DNA of 63,879 nucleotides, filler included, from Vezdaea acicularis (Eukaryota): NCBI GenBank assembly GCA_026025075.1. It is 5 parts of 5 records of this genome, joined end to end, with 100 filler letters (N's around TTAATTAATTAA, not from the genome) between each part and the next. Parts side by side here need not be neighbours in the genome. Positions count along the whole stretch, not along the records: positions 52,677 to 63,879 come from JAPEUI010000252.1; 4 more parts are not named here. One strand, 5' to 3'. Shown piece by piece: positions 63,091 to 63,879 of this stretch (position 1 is its first letter; each line of letters starts with the position of its first letter). The notes under the pieces were generated by a model. It saw only the letters and a program-made list of their open reading frames with translations, ran no database searches and was not told where the DNA came from. The position numbers and the translations under genes were made by a program.

Positions 63091-63217
63091 CGGGCGTTGC
63101 AGCGGACTTTTCATCCTCGCGGAAGGCCTTTTCTTTCTTCTGTTTTCTCCGCTACGGATTAGCGCGGCGTCTGGGACGGTCTTACTGTTCATCTCGTCAT
63201 TGCGTTTGTTTTTGTAT

Positions 63218-63262
63218 CCGTCATGGCCTCCGTCATGGCCTCCGTCATTGCCTCCGTCATCC
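63218..63262. repeat. 12-bp tandem repeat CCGTCATGGCCT, ~3.7 copies
   Basis: Seen directly downstream of the DUF6536 gene. Confidence 0.85.
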
Positions 63263-63879
63263 TATCTGTTCGCCTCGAATCTACGATACCCATTCTTGTT
63301 CATATTTGCATTTTTCACCACAGCTAGTCTTAGGAACGAAGCCAACGAAGAGGGGTGTGGGTTGTTTTCCTCCGTTGACGCCACCTTTGATCCTATAGGC
63401 GCTGCTTTCCAAGTCCTTTGCATACCTACACACCTCCTTCAGGGGCGCATCTCAAACCATGCCTTTTGGCACCCCGGTACAAATGTCCATCATTTCTTCT
63501 CATCTCTCTCGCAACTCAAGTGCTCGCTTCTCTCCCCCCCCCCCGCCCTCCCCCGCGGGCGGACCGGAAACCTTCCCGCAGTGAGTTTAAAACGAGGGCG
63601 CTCCGAATGTTAGAAAGGGGCTCAAAGACGTCGAACGAAAGTGTCCGGATGACTGCAAGCCTAGTATGGGGTACTCGGAGTATTACTTTATTTTCATATA
63701 TATATATATCTATCCGCCTCTCGCAACCTCCCCAAAAACCCTTTTCACCTACCCCCGCCCCTCTCTCCCCCCTTTCCCTTGCGCTCACGCCACCTACCAA
63801 AATGCAAGTCTCCAACGCGGGTACCATCCTTCTAATCTAAAGCCAGATCATATCTAAAAAGGTCTATGTATGTATACCA

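Overview
Eukaryotic, intron-containing DNA from a filamentous ascomycete (Pezizomycotina). It is not one locus. Five contigs (1-13140, 13241-26297, 26398-39440, 39541-52576, 52677-63879) are joined by artificial 100-nt N spacers carrying the six-frame stop linker TTAATTAATTAA. The complete contigs fall in length (13057, 13043, 13036 bp), so adjacency across gaps is meaningless. Contig 1 has a degenerate ~450-bp-period duplication, vigilin/SCP160, STE20 PAK kinase and a truncated HSE1. Contig 2 begins with an accessory patch: a 32-bp minisatellite, a 109-aa protein whose pattern resembles the Rhodococcus VapA/VapB beta-barrel, a decayed sugar-permease tail and a 270-bp element with perfect 26-bp TIRs. 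It continues with SRS2/UvrD helicase, two small hypothetical genes and a G1/S cyclin with a long leader. Contig 3 has a (CCT)n tract, a DUF1752/DUF3295 (Mks1-like) gene and ~10 kb without a credible gene. Contig 4 has the 3' part of MTC5/WDR59, a cupin, a DUF3292 membrane protein and a hypothetical secreted protein with a GC-AG intron. Contig 5 has a GPI-anchored wall protein, a single-pass Cys-motif membrane protein, a ~140-bp hairpin/MITE and a DUF6536-type membrane protein. The best novelty candidate is the leaderless Vap-like beta-barrel gene. All family assignments come from motif recognition by eye, not from database searches.
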